DNA of 64,000 nucleotides from Cercozoa sp. M6MM (taxonomy: Eukaryota > Protista > Endomyxa: Ascetosporea), in the NCBI GenBank assembly GCA_040357565.1, contig JBDODJ010000011.1; one strand, given 5' to 3'. The notes below the pieces were generated by a model. That model was not told the origin of the DNA and ran no database searches. It was given only the letters and a program-made list of their open reading frames with translations. Numbering within the stretch: the first letter of the stretch is position 1; every line of letters begins with the position of its first letter. The position numbers and the translations under genes are program-made. Shown one piece after another: positions 52,380-64,000 of the stretch.

Positions 52380-54257
52380 TCAGACGCCACCGGATTTTTC
52401 ATTGAAGGGCTCGTGGGCATCCTCTCCATCTATCATTGGGTTTGACTGGTACTGCATTCGATCATTGAGCATGTCGTGACGGGCACCAACGACAACGGCA
52501 ACTGCCGGCGCTGACCAAGGGGTGACTGCGACGGTGGGCATATTTGATGGGCTCGACTCGTGACCTTCTAGAGATACGTTGAACAACTGCTGTGGCGATA
52601 CTTCTCTGCCGGTGAACATGTGCTGCAAGACCCTTCTCAGTGAGTTGTTGGTCAGCACATAGACGCACGCATTGACACCACCTTGAGACGGTGTGAGAAT
52701 GCAAAACAAAATTCCTATCAAAAAGGGAACATTTTCTCTGAAGTCGCAGCTTAAAAGTAAAGTACCTCTTAACCAAAATGGTGGTTCATACTCCCAGAAT
52801 TCCTACCAAGAGTAGAACATGTGAGTATTAAAAGAGATAAAGTCCAGTAATGATAAATTTGCCATGGTTCTGACTGTCACTGTTGCACTCAAACTAATGA
52901 AGTCTGTGAATACGATCCAGAACAGTTTCTTTGCCACTAAGGATGCAACTGAACTGCAACTGAAACAATATACTGTAGTTTCTACAATGTACCAGTGATG
53001 AGATCAGCGTGCTGGTATCGCTTCGCCCGTGCCACTAGTATTTTCATCGATTGCAAATTGTGGCGATGTGCGTATCAATACATGCAGAGATAATCTTACG
53101 TGTATGAACGCGTAAAGGAGTATATTTAGTTTTACCTTTGATAAACGCCACAAGGCATACAACATCGCAAACGTACGCAGCATAGACCCACCTTTGAACA
53201 AAAGAAAGAGTTACAAATGGGAATGATACAGCGATCCCCGTAAATGGAGTGGCGATACCAAAAGTAAAACGCTTGTTGAAAAACTGTGTTTTGGACCCAG
53301 CAATGAAGTTGAACCGTCCCAATTGAACCGGAGAGCAGCATTCCAGTTGCGCAGGTGATACCGATAACCCAAACCTAATTGCGGAACACAACGGCGGGAA
53401 TGCGGGAAGAACACAACTGCAAAGTCTAGAAACTGAAATCAAACTTGATTAAAAAAGGTGTCGATACCGCAATGAGAAAAAAGTGGTATCGCTTTCGGTC
53501 GTTCGAGTGCGCAAGAGGCCAGTTCACCATTCGAAACATCTCATACGCCATACAACTAAATTTTACCACGGGATATGTTAATTGACAGTCGCGGTTAATA
53601 ACCAGCAGCTGGCGACTAGGTGCATATAAATTTACCTTGTCCAAAGCACCGAGATGACAGATCTATTTTTACATTAAGACAGTATCCAACTGAATAGATT
53701 TTCTTCAACTTAAGCCAAATAGCGCATGGAAAATTCAAAATGTTACAGCGTGAAACAACTGGACTGCATCGTACAAAAAGGTTCCAAGTTCCCGTCGTCT
53801 CGATGATCACTCGTAAATATTGGCCCCCATACCCAACTGACAAACAACGAAAGCAAAGATGCGGCGGGCATTCCGACCAATACAGTCAATTTACACAGAA
53901 GAAACAGCGGATCAAATGAACAAGAAACCGGCGCTACCCTATCGATGGAAAGAGATCGAAAAAGGCGTTAATCAAGAGCATTTTCATCTGTCCCAGAGTG
54001 AACAGAAAGGAGCTGTGGTATGCGTTCGCTGAAATCATATCCCAAAGTACCACTATACTTCTTTTGTGGAGCCATGAATATCGAAGGTAAATGTAAATTA
54101 TGAAGAGCGACAAAAGAAGTGAGACGCCACCAACGGAGCCACCTATTATGTGGAGCAGGCGGTCGTGACTGTCTGCAACAAAACAAAAACAAAAAAAAAC
54201 TGAACAGAAGCTGAAAAAGTCAATGTGGTTCTTGCCTATGTATCCTGTAAATCCCAT
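52380..54257 (-). CDS. 7TM GPCR-like protein (cAMP-receptor/GPR157-like)
   Basis: TM1 IIGGSVGGVSLLLSLFIIYIY, FCTMQ, RKRYHFFLIAVWVIGI, IGTVQLHCWV, TM7 ILTPSQGGVNACVYVLTN. Confidence 0.8.
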
Positions 54258-54597
54258 TTGAATGTGTCTACAGTGCACGAGATCATGCAACCTACGGTAC
54301 GCATGTGCTCGCAACTCGCTGTCTGACACCGGGTCAGCACTACTGTAGGCTCTTCCGCGCGGTCGGTGCCTGTCAACCTGCTACAAGCCACTGTAGCTTT
54401 GAACAAATATGTCAGGAGTTGAGCTCAAACTGACAGGCGAAGTTGAGGTTAGCACTTAGCAGATACAGTACAATACGAAGCACCGCGGTTATATTTTACA
54501 GAAAATTACCATGACAGAACTGCAGTGACAGCCAAGGTGCATCATTGTAATGTAATTTACTGAGTGTACTACTAATCAAGGGATCAGGTACGTGCGA

Positions 54598-55768
54598 CTA
54601 ATGGCCGGACAGAGATACAAGCAGCAACGGCAAACATCGCTTCAGCGCTTATCGCTGCTTGTTCGTGCTACAGGTCGACACAGCATGTCTCATAAACAGG
54701 CAGTGTAAGTTTAGGTGAGTAATCATGCATAGCAGACTTACAAAGCCTGGAAGAAAGCGAACGAAGACCCGAACCTTCAAGAGTGAGTACCGAAGCTGCA
54801 CATGCGCGACTACAGCTCTGTTTGCTGCAAAAGACAATCACCATTAAAGCTCACTGCTTCTTTCTGCTCGCCGTTGATGCGTTCTGTACCACCAGTGGAT
54901 TCGACGAGAAACAGCGGAGAGCAGCCGTGTTTTTCGAAACTAGGCCGCAGACGCGCGACCATATTTTCGTTGCCGTTTCGTTCTTGCGACACTTCCAATG
55001 TGCTGCTGCTCGTCCGAGTGATAACCTGTAGCGAGAGTCGAAGTGAACTCGGTTGAAAATCGAAAACAAAAAATAACGTACACAGATCGGTAAAGAGTCG
55101 GCTTTTTGATTATCGCCATCGTCGCTAAAGCTGTCGGGAAATAGCGAGTCGTGAGATTGTCGGCGCAGGTACCATCGGCCCAAATGTTGCATGTTTCCAC
55201 CTGTAGAGGCAAGCTGTGCTGTGAACTTCTTTACATAGCATGCTTCAATCAATCGGTACCCTGGGTGGTAAGAACAAGGTTTGGTGTAATCTGCACAGTG
55301 CTTGCGAGGAAACCAACGTCTGGCTTTGTCGGAGGGTACTGTCAGCAGAAAGGTGAATTTGTAACGAGCACAGTACTGTTATTGCCAACAACTTTGAATG
55401 AAAAAAGAAACCAGCAAGCGCCGGTTTTCATCCGCTGTGTTATACTGAGTCCCAGTCTTTGTGCTTTCGCTGCCTGGGCGAGAAGGAATGTAGCAGTCCG
55501 TAGGCAGTGAGTGGAGTGTAAGGTGACACCCATTGAAGCGACAAACGAATCCTACCACACACACACACATACAAACACATACACATACACATACAGACAT
55601 ACTACGGTACTGTAAGTTACTAAATTTAGTACCTTGCATCGTAGAATCGCTCACGTCGGTCCATGAATTAAACGACAGTGTTTCGTACTCAGCATCTGGC
55701 GCCCGACTCGAGGCATCCCCGAAGCGAGGAATTGCTTCACCGCATTTCGCCCAGAGCCACTGTAGCAT
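54598..55768 (-). CDS. Hypothetical multi-exon protein
   Basis: MLQWLWAKCGEAIPRFG… first exon with GTAC donor and further open exon-like segments; no family recognised. Confidence 0.45.
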
Positions 55769-56190
55769 CTTTGATTGTCGACACTTGAGCCTGCAGCTTC
55801 TAAAACTACCGAAGAGCAGATTATTTATTTGCAAAATGAGTGACCGACCGGAGTGGCGTTTCTCCAACATATCTTATTCTGGACCCGTCGCACTTCGGAC
55901 TTCTTAAACTAAACTTGTGGCTGTATCGTTGCCGCGATTCTCAATGCATGCTGTACCGTCAAAGCCAGTGATTGTCGGACGAGTGCAAAAATGCAGGAGT
56001 GCTGGGACTTCTTTCATAGCACTCGACCGGATAGGACTAGTGTCACGGTATTATTTACCGCACAGTACCGTCGGTAGACACAGTAAATTTAGAACAAACT
56101 GCAGTACTTGTCGACGATAAACAGCATAGTAGCTACTGTACATAATATCGTCTGAGTTTTCTTCGGTTCACGTTCAGTGCGGCGCTACGA

Positions 56191-56585
56191 TCACACCTTT
56201 GCAGTTTCGGCAGCCTTCGAAGACACGTCTTCGATCTCGACTCGGGGAGTCTCGAAGTCAAGAGCTAGCAGCTTGGCGGCAGCCTGCGACGTCGTCAGTC
56301 TGTGCGCGCCACCGCGGCAAACAGATCCAACGACACAGCAACAAGGAACCTTGCACCGCATTAGAGTCCACAGCAACGAGGGTCAAACAGCTAGATATGA
56401 AGTCATGCACAGCGAGGGCTGAAGCTGCGCTGAAATCCGTGTGGCGCCTTCCGGACCAGCTCGCAGCGCGCACGAAAAAATAAGGTCGTGCGCCAGAAAT
56501 AGTCAGCGCCGCGTTTCTCCACATTGTGTGACACTGGCTCCGCGCGGATCTGACATCTCACACACTGCCAAACCTGTTCTAGCAT
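56191..56585 (-). CDS. Possible small hypothetical protein
   Basis: Overlapping short minus-strand ORFs ending …LLALDFETPRVEIEDVSSKAAETAKV*; weak support. Confidence 0.3.
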
Positions 56586-57011
56586 CTAATCGTTGTCGCT
56601 GCGCTCGAACCAAAACCGATCAAAAGTTGGAACCAGTCGACCAAATTTCAGTTGCTAGACTTAGTGCACGCAGCCTGCACTGGCAGTGATGGCCGAGCGA
56701 GCGCTTTACGCCCGCCCGACACGGCCGTGACTGCCCGGCAGGCTGCTTAGGCTGTCACGATCACGACTTTTCACTCGGTCCGGTCGACACGCACGCCGGC
56801 CTTGCACTGGATTAAGGCAACACTTGATCCGACGTTAAGGTGACTTGGTGGATTCCCTGGGGGTCTGGATCTTGCGTTGGACAAAGGAGGCAGATCTTGA
56901 AACCAAGAAAAGCTGTCAGTTCTTGACTTGTCACTTGATTCTTCAACTGTCTTTCGTGCGCGCGTATGTTACTCTCGTTCTCTCGATCTCCTGTGCAAAG
57001 CCAAGACTCGA

Positions 57012-58032
57012 CTAATGGCGACGCGAGCTACGACTGCGACGACGCGGACGCGATCTGCGCAAACAAACGAATGTGAAGCCACGAGAGTTTATATTTTGAA
57101 TTAAGATAGCGCACTTGCTGCGACGGCCGCGCGAGCGCGAACGTCTGTACACACAAACATACATACACAGATACAGAGATACAAACACGTCGAGAGTAAA
57201 CAGCTTGAGATTTCTCATTGTATCAAGTTTTTCGTTTTTCGTTAGTGTTACCTGTCGCGACGCGAGCGCGAGGGAGAGCTACAGGACGGGAGAATAAAAC
57301 CAGCTGAAGCAACGCACAGACAACACAGCGGCCAAACACACAATGCAACAGCGGAAAGAAAGGCACCGGTTGCGACGACGCGAGCGCGAGCGGCGGTCAC
57401 GGCGACTGCGACTGCGCGAGCGATGACGACTGCGCGAGCGACGACGACTACGCGAGCGACGGCGGCTGCAAAAGGCTTCTTAGTTATCACACACACGCGC
57501 GCCACATGTGCCTTGAACATAAAGGTACCTGCGCGAACGCGAACGCGAGCGGGAGCTACCGGAAGCACAGCCACGGATACACAGACATAGATACGTACAT
57601 ACACAGACATAGACAGACAGGAAGTGCTACCGGTCACGGCGCCGCATCTGATCGCTCGTTCGGCGGTTACCCTTGGCGATTTCGAGGCGCAAACGGTTTC
57701 CTTCGAGCGTGGACTCATCACTGCAAAGAACACAGCTCACTTACATAGCCTTTTATCGATTCCAAATGGAAGACGAAAAGGTACAGCTCATCGACGGCCT
57801 TGCGAGCATCGTCCTCAGACACCATTTCGACAAAGGCAATGCCCTTGCGGCGACCCGAGTAGAAGTCCTTGGGGACTGCGAAACGTGAGTAAAGCACACC
57901 AAAAACACGCCAGCCCCATTAAGGTGCAAAAGTACTGTAGACGTCCTTGACTTCGCCGACTTTTGAGAAGTGCTTCTCCAGATCCGACGCCTGGACGCTA
58001 TCGGCCACGCCGCGCATAAAAATCGACGTCAT
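57012..58032 (-). CDS. SR-family splicing factor (RRM plus RS domain; SRSF2/SRSF10/SCL-like)
   Basis: MTSIFMRGV…DLEKHFSKVGEVKDVY|…PKDFYSGRRKGIAFVEM…ARKAVDEL…LRLEIAKGNRR, then multiple RS-rich exons. Confidence 0.9.
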
Positions 58033-58547
58033 CTGAACGTGTACACTAAAATTATACAGTCCAAGGCAACGGCCAAACCCCACGAGTCGCAAAACACACC
58101 AGATTGTCCACAAGCTTGAGCAAAATGTGGAACCAGAAACCAGCGTGAAGCACCTGCCCTATAGTAGCACACAATCACTGCCCGCTGGGACGTCGGCACA
58201 CCAGGCCCAGGCTCAATTTATTTAATATTTAGGAAAACGGTGTTCAGGAACGCTCCGGGTCACATCGAGCCCGGTCAGACGAAACACACCCAAAAACAAC
58301 GGACAGGCTGAGAGTGTCGAACGGCGCCACACTCGTTTCCAACGCCAGTAGCTCGGCTAGGCCTCTCTGGCGACTGTGGGAGTGGAGTCGGCTGCCATCA
58401 AAGGTCTGTGTTCGTGGTGTTTCAGCGAACGAAGTGTGTTTGGCGTTGATTGAGTGGAGCTTCTTCGTGGCGCTACAGCTCGCTCCGCGTTGCTACTTCG
58501 TGTCGTGCTGGGGCAGACACTTCCTCGCTTGCTCGTTGTGTTGTGAG

Positions 58548-60367
58548 ATGGCGCAGCTCCAGCAGAACGGCACCCTGCTTGAGCAGATCGCCAATATCGA
58601 GCACATTGATTGCATTTCTGCCTCCAAGGGCGAGTGCACTAACCGCACACTTCGTCAACTGGCTGAGTACGTTGCTTCATCTCAGTCATCGGCATCAGCG
58701 TGCCACTTTGCGCACTTGCGTTTGCATTATTCCTGCAAGACTCGTCGATGATCGCTTTTCGCTGATCGCTTTTTGACAATCATTTTGCCTGTGGACCCTT
58801 TTTGGTGATCGCTCCGAAACAATCTCTCCAAGTGTCCAAATATTGCTTTAGGCAGTGAAATAGTTTATTGGGCCCAAACGTTACTTTTGGGCACTTGCAT
58901 GATTTCGGCGGTTTTTTGTTTTGTTTGTTTCGAAGAACTCTCTTGATGCATTGACCCTGTGCAGGCGACTTTCGGAAGCGCGGAACTTGAAACATGTCAG
59001 CTTCAAATTCAATGAGGAGAGCGACGGCTCTGGCGGTCCCAGCAAGCGCATGCTGCTGCAGTTGGCGGAGGCACTGTCGGCGCCGTCGTGTGTGTTCCAG
59101 CTCAAGTACCTGAAGTGCGAGGGCCTGTGGCGGCACCTCCAAGACCACAAGGGCGGCATCGTCGAAGCCTTTGCGGCCGTTGTGACGCGGCACCTAGACA
59201 CGCTGCTCTACGTGGACTTCTCGCTCAATCTGTGCCGAATGCGGCCGATCTGCAAGGCGCTGCGCGATGGCGTGAACTGTACGCTTTCGGTCCCTCTCCA
59301 GCTGTGTGTGTAGATTCGTTAACACGTTCCTTGTGGTGTGCGCAGTGGTGCAGCTCAACTTGCGGCAGAACTCGCTGGACGCAGAAAGCATGCGGCAGAT
59401 CTCGGACATTCTGCTGCTGGAGGACTGCTCACTGGTGACGCTGAACCTCACCGAGACGAGTGTCGGCGACCGCGGGTGCCACCGCTTGGCGTGTGCACTG
59501 CCGCGCAACTCGAGTCTCAAGAAACTCTCGCTCCGTGCCTGCGGCATCACGGACGCTGGCGTCGACTTTCTGTGTGACGCCTTCCGTGACACCGAAGACG
59601 GCTACACGGGCCTGACGCACCTCGACCTGTCGCACAACCATGTCGCTGTAGCCTTTTCTTTTTTCTCATCATCAAAATGTTGTGCATCAAAATGTTGTGC
59701 GCTGGTTGATTACTCCTTGTGACTAACGTGCTGTGTGCTGTGTTTTGTGAAGGAGCGTGGCATGGCGCACCTGTGGCGCATGATGACGAAAGTGGCCGGT
59801 TTTAAGCCGCGCAACGGCTTTCGCGAAGGCGAGCCGATTCTCGTCAACCTGCGAAACAACAAGGTGTGTCTCGTGTGTCCCTTGGATTGAGTTGCGTGCT
59901 TTGTATTTGGACGTGTGTGTGTTGTGTGTGTGTGTGTGTGTGTGTGCCGCAGGCAATCGATCAGTACCAGTATGGCTCGTTCCCGGAGTTGTACTCAGAA
60001 CCAGTGAAGCGCGAGTCGTGCTTTGTTCGCTCGTGCGTGGACGTGCGTCATCGGATCTCTGGAGGTACACTTGATTGCATTTTCTTTTCTTTTTGCTGAC
60101 TCGGTATGTTTTGTGCTGCTGCTGCTGCGCAGGCTCGTTCGGCGACATTTTCAGCGCGGTGGACTTCCGCACGGGCGATCAGTTCTGCATCAAGGTCGAG
60201 AAGGGCAGCAGCAGTCAGCCGCAGCTCGACTTTGAGTACCGCGTGTACGGCAGTATCAATGCCGACCTCGAGAGTGAGGCGCGCAGCATTCATCGACTCA
60301 ATGGCCTCGAGACAGACCCGATGGTAGACTCGGTGTTTGGTGTGTGTGTGTCTGTGTCTCTGTGTGT

Positions 60368-60419
<52 letters not shown>

Positions 60420-60429
60420 NNNNNNNNNN

Positions 60430-60478
<49 letters not shown>

Positions 60479-62502
60479 TCCCTGTGTGTCCGGCAGAACC
60501 CGGTGGCACCGCAGGTGGAACTGCCAAAGGGCTTTCCGCGGATTCGCTGGTGCTGGATTGGCGGCACGCTGACGATGATGGGCATGGAGCTGCTGGGACA
60601 CACGCTGGAGACGCTATTCAACGCGTGCGGACGCAAGTTCTCGAACAAGACCATCGCCATGCTCGGCATCCAGATCGTACAGAGAGCTTTCTCGCAGCTT
60701 TCTTAGTTTGCAGTTCTTGCCGCGATGTCCTCTTTGTCGCGTGTGCGCAGATGGACAGGTTAGAACTGCTGCACTCGCGCAACCTGATCCACCGCGACGT
60801 CAAGCCGGACAACTTTCTGTTTGGACTGCACCGCAAATCCAACACGCTGCACATGGTCGACCTCGGCCTGGCGCGCAAGTACCGCGATCCGAACACGGGC
60901 ATGCACATCCCGTTCAAGGAGGGCCGCTCACTCACGGGCACTCCGCGCTACGCCAGGTACGTCTCAGTGAGAGTGAGATGTCGGAATGTCTGTGTGAGTG
61001 TGGTGCGTGTGTTGTGTACAGTATCCCGGCACACAAGGGCCACGAGCAGTCGCGACGCGACGATTTCGAAGCGGTGGCGCACATGCTGCTGTACTTTGCG
61101 CGCGGCCGTCTGCCGTGGCAGGGTGTCAAGATCTCCGAGAAGAACGAGGTGCTTTTTTGCAGTTTCTCCTGTGTATATCGTCTGGTCTATATGACGTGCA
61201 TGCAGCGCAACAAGCGCATCGGCAGCATCAAGATGTCGACGCCGGTGCAGTCGCTGTGCCAGGGTTGTGCGCCGCAGCTGCTGCAGTTCCTGATCTACTG
61301 CCGCAACCTCAAGTTCCAAGAGGTACCGCACACTGCGTCACTGTGTGTGTATCTGTGTGTGTTGATACACTCGCTCACTTGCAGGACCCGAACTACGCGC
61401 ACTGCAAGATGCTCTTCTACGACATGCTGCGCGACCTGAATGAAAAGTGTGATTTGGTGTTCGACTGGAGTCCAACACCGACCGTGATTGAAATGCCCGA
61501 GCCGGTACTCCTTGTCTTTGTGTAAGTTGGTTTGCTGCGTGTGTGTATGCCGCTGGCTGTGTGACTCTTAAACAGGTGGCGCCACCAGCGCCGCGAATGC
61601 TCACACGCTCGGCTCGCGCTCGCCGCGCTGCGCTTCGTGGAGAAGCGGAGGTACCAACGACTGCCTTCTCGCCTCCCTGTCTCTCGTACGCATATCTTAT
61701 CTCCTGGTATGCAGCTGGGCGACGTGGGCGCTACGAAATTAGACACGCAAGTGCTTCAAGACACCACCAACTTGTATAAAAATACACTGCACATATCGGC
61801 GCCTGTGTTTGTGTGTGTGTGTGTGTGTGTTTAATCTCTGTTGCATCGCAGTGTGGAGCCGCGGCAGCTGCGCTCGCGACAGCAGAAGCACATGGTCGGC
61901 ACGATCGATATGTCGCTGCCGCCGCAGTCGCTGCGTGTGCCAGTGCAGGTAGTCCTCTCCTCTCTGACACCTGACCTGTGTGCGTGTGCGTGTGTGTGCT
62001 TGGTATAAATCTGGGCATCGGGACAGAGTACGGACGGCACGGCGGCGCGAGCAGTGGCAGAAGGCCCGACGTCAGTGGCGCAGCTGCTGGATCCAACGTA
62101 TGCCCCTCCATCCGTCCCTTCATCGAGGGCGTTTTAATGCATGCTGTGTTTGTACCTGGGCAGAACGAGAACAGTGCAGAGAGCAGTGCTGTCGGATCTG
62201 CCGCCGAACGCGCTGGACGGCGGCGGCAACGTGCGTCTCGGCACGAAGCGAAAATCCTCGGCTCTGCCGCATCTCGATCTCGACGAGCCGCTGCCGAAAC
62301 GCTTCCAGAAACCCGCCACTCCTCAGGTGCGTCCCTCTCTAAATAAATAAATAAGGAAAATGTCCATATATATGTGTGTGCACAGGACTGCGACATGCTG
62401 GTGCAGATGATCCTGCAGCACAAGAGGACGCTGCAAGACGACGACGCCGCCGGTGGCAGCAACGACGAGCAGCGCGGCACCAACACGGCCACGCTGGCCT
62501 AG
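58548..62502 (+). CDS. RNI-like LRR domain fused to casein kinase 1 family kinase
   Basis: LRRs (LNLRQNSL, LNLTETSVGDRGC, LSLRACGITDAGV, LDLSHNHV) spliced in frame to RISGGSFGDIF…IKVE…HRDVKPDNFL…DLGLARKYRD…LTGTPRYASIPAHKGHEQSRRDD…LPWQG. Confidence 0.88.
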
Positions 62503-62937
62503 AGAAGGAGCGAGAAATCAATGCCCTCCGCTCTTTTGCTCGCTCTGCTGCACACTCACACAGTGACACTCATACTCGCACCGAATACAAAAAAAATACA
62601 CATCCGCTGCGCGAGTGCCACAGACGCGACGCACACATCTTTCTCGCACGCAGACGCTTCTAACTTGCGCCTGACGTGCTCTTTTTACTATAACAGTCTT
62701 TCTACGTCCCTTATTTGATCCAAGGGGAGTTCGGTCGAGTTCAGTCATTCGTTGAAAATGGCGGCGCTGGAACGAACCAGAAGAGGAAATAGCTATGGGC
62801 TCAATGGGTCCGTATGGACTCGCACAGTACAGGTATTTCAGATCTGGTCCCAAAACGGCAAAACAGCCAGCACGTATCGCTGTGTGCGTGTGCATGCGCT
62901 GTGTGTATTGAGCGGAGCGAACTTTTGGATAATCGCA

Positions 62938-63181
62938 ATGGAAACTCCGCGCAGCAATTCGGTCGACTCGATCGTAGCAAACTGCGTTTTGATTGCTGGG
63001 CACGAGGGATGTCAACAGGGAGCTGTAGAGTAAACGCGGTTTGTGTGTGTGGCACAGGAGAACGTTGAAAGCGAGCTGAGCTCGTGGAACGCGCAGCTCG
63101 AGAGCGCGGAGCAACTCGTGCCACTCCTCGGTCGCGGTACAGTGAGAAACGCACAGAGCACGCAGCTTGAGTTAATTGTTG

Positions 63182-63271
<90 letters not shown>

Positions 63272-64000
63272 GTGCAGTGTACCGCGAGCACAACTCGGTG
63301 GCCACTGTGTTCGGTCGCTCGCTCATGAACCTGTCGCCGCTGCAGATCCTGCGGTACGTATCAGCAGTGTGTGTGGCTACGACAGGTGTGGCTACAATGC
63401 AAGACACAGCAGTACACTGTGTACCGTACAGGGTGCATCATGAGGCGCACACGGAGGTGCAGGTGCAGCACTCGTTCGCCGTACTGCAGGCCTTTGTGAA
63501 GCTGCGACTTGGCGCCTGCCGCGTCGACGTCGTAGGCTCGTCTTTATATCTGGGGGGGGGGGTAAACTGGGGGGTAAACTGGGGGGTAAACTGGGGGGTA
63601 AAGGTAAACTGTGGCTAAGACTGTGTGCGCAGGGCGCCATCGGACTCGAGTGGCTCAAGGGCGACGCGTCGCTTGAGCAGCTGCTGCGCAGGGTACTACT
63701 TGTGTGGCTACACTGTGTGGCTATCCTGTGTGGCTATCCTGTGTGGCTACTCGGTGTCACTTAAGTCTGCGTGTTGCTTAAGGACGCGACGGAGGTGCAC
63801 GAGAAACGCGAGCTGGTGGACTCGGCCACCGGGTGGCAGGACGTCGTGCTCTACGGCTTCGGCCGCATCGGTCGTCTGCTGGCTCGCCTGCTGTACCACT
63901 GCTGTGATCGATCAGTGTGACCACCTTATCTGATCGATCAGTGATCTATATGTGATCGATCAGTGATCTATATGTGATCGATCAGTGTTTGTTGTTGTGC
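62938..64000 (+). CDS. Glyceraldehyde-3-phosphate dehydrogenase, bacterial long (N-terminally extended) type; 5' part only
   Basis: SWNAQLESAEQLVPLLGRVYREHNSVATVFGRSLMNLSPLQILRVH…RVDVG…QDVVLYGFGRIGRLLARLL; runs off the window end; start could lie upstream (62758). Confidence 0.85.
63184..63275. repeat. (GT)n intronic microsatellite
   Basis: Direct inspection. Confidence 0.95.

Overview
Gene-dense, intron-rich eukaryotic (protist-like) genomic scaffold. It uses the standard genetic code, has many ~50-70 nt spliceosomal GT-AG introns (donors often GTAC), abundant intronic micro/minisatellites and five N-gaps. About 25 multi-exon genes were reconstructed by hand by splicing; outer coordinates are approximate where stated. 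Recognisable products: a 4-TM RGS-domain protein, Mpv17/PMP22, a La-motif/RRM protein, formiminoglutamase (arginase family), a PH-domain protein, an RCC1-repeat protein, NEMF/Rqc2 (3' part), DeSI/PPPDE, endonuclease V, an FG-GAP repeat protein, a FYVE-like coiled-coil protein, SKI2 helicase, a CFAP73/CCDC42-like protein, an LRR coiled-coil protein, a 7TM GPCR-like protein, an SR splicing factor, an LRR-casein kinase 1 fusion and the 5' part of a bacterial-type long GAPDH. The most notable items are the receptor-like 4TM-RGS protein with two tandem ectodomains, the LRR-CK1 fusion, the intronised bacterial-type GAPDH, a ~300-nt highly base-paired intergenic element, and intron-specific tandem repeats with strand bias. 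No tRNA, rRNA, CRISPR array or autonomous transposon was recognised.
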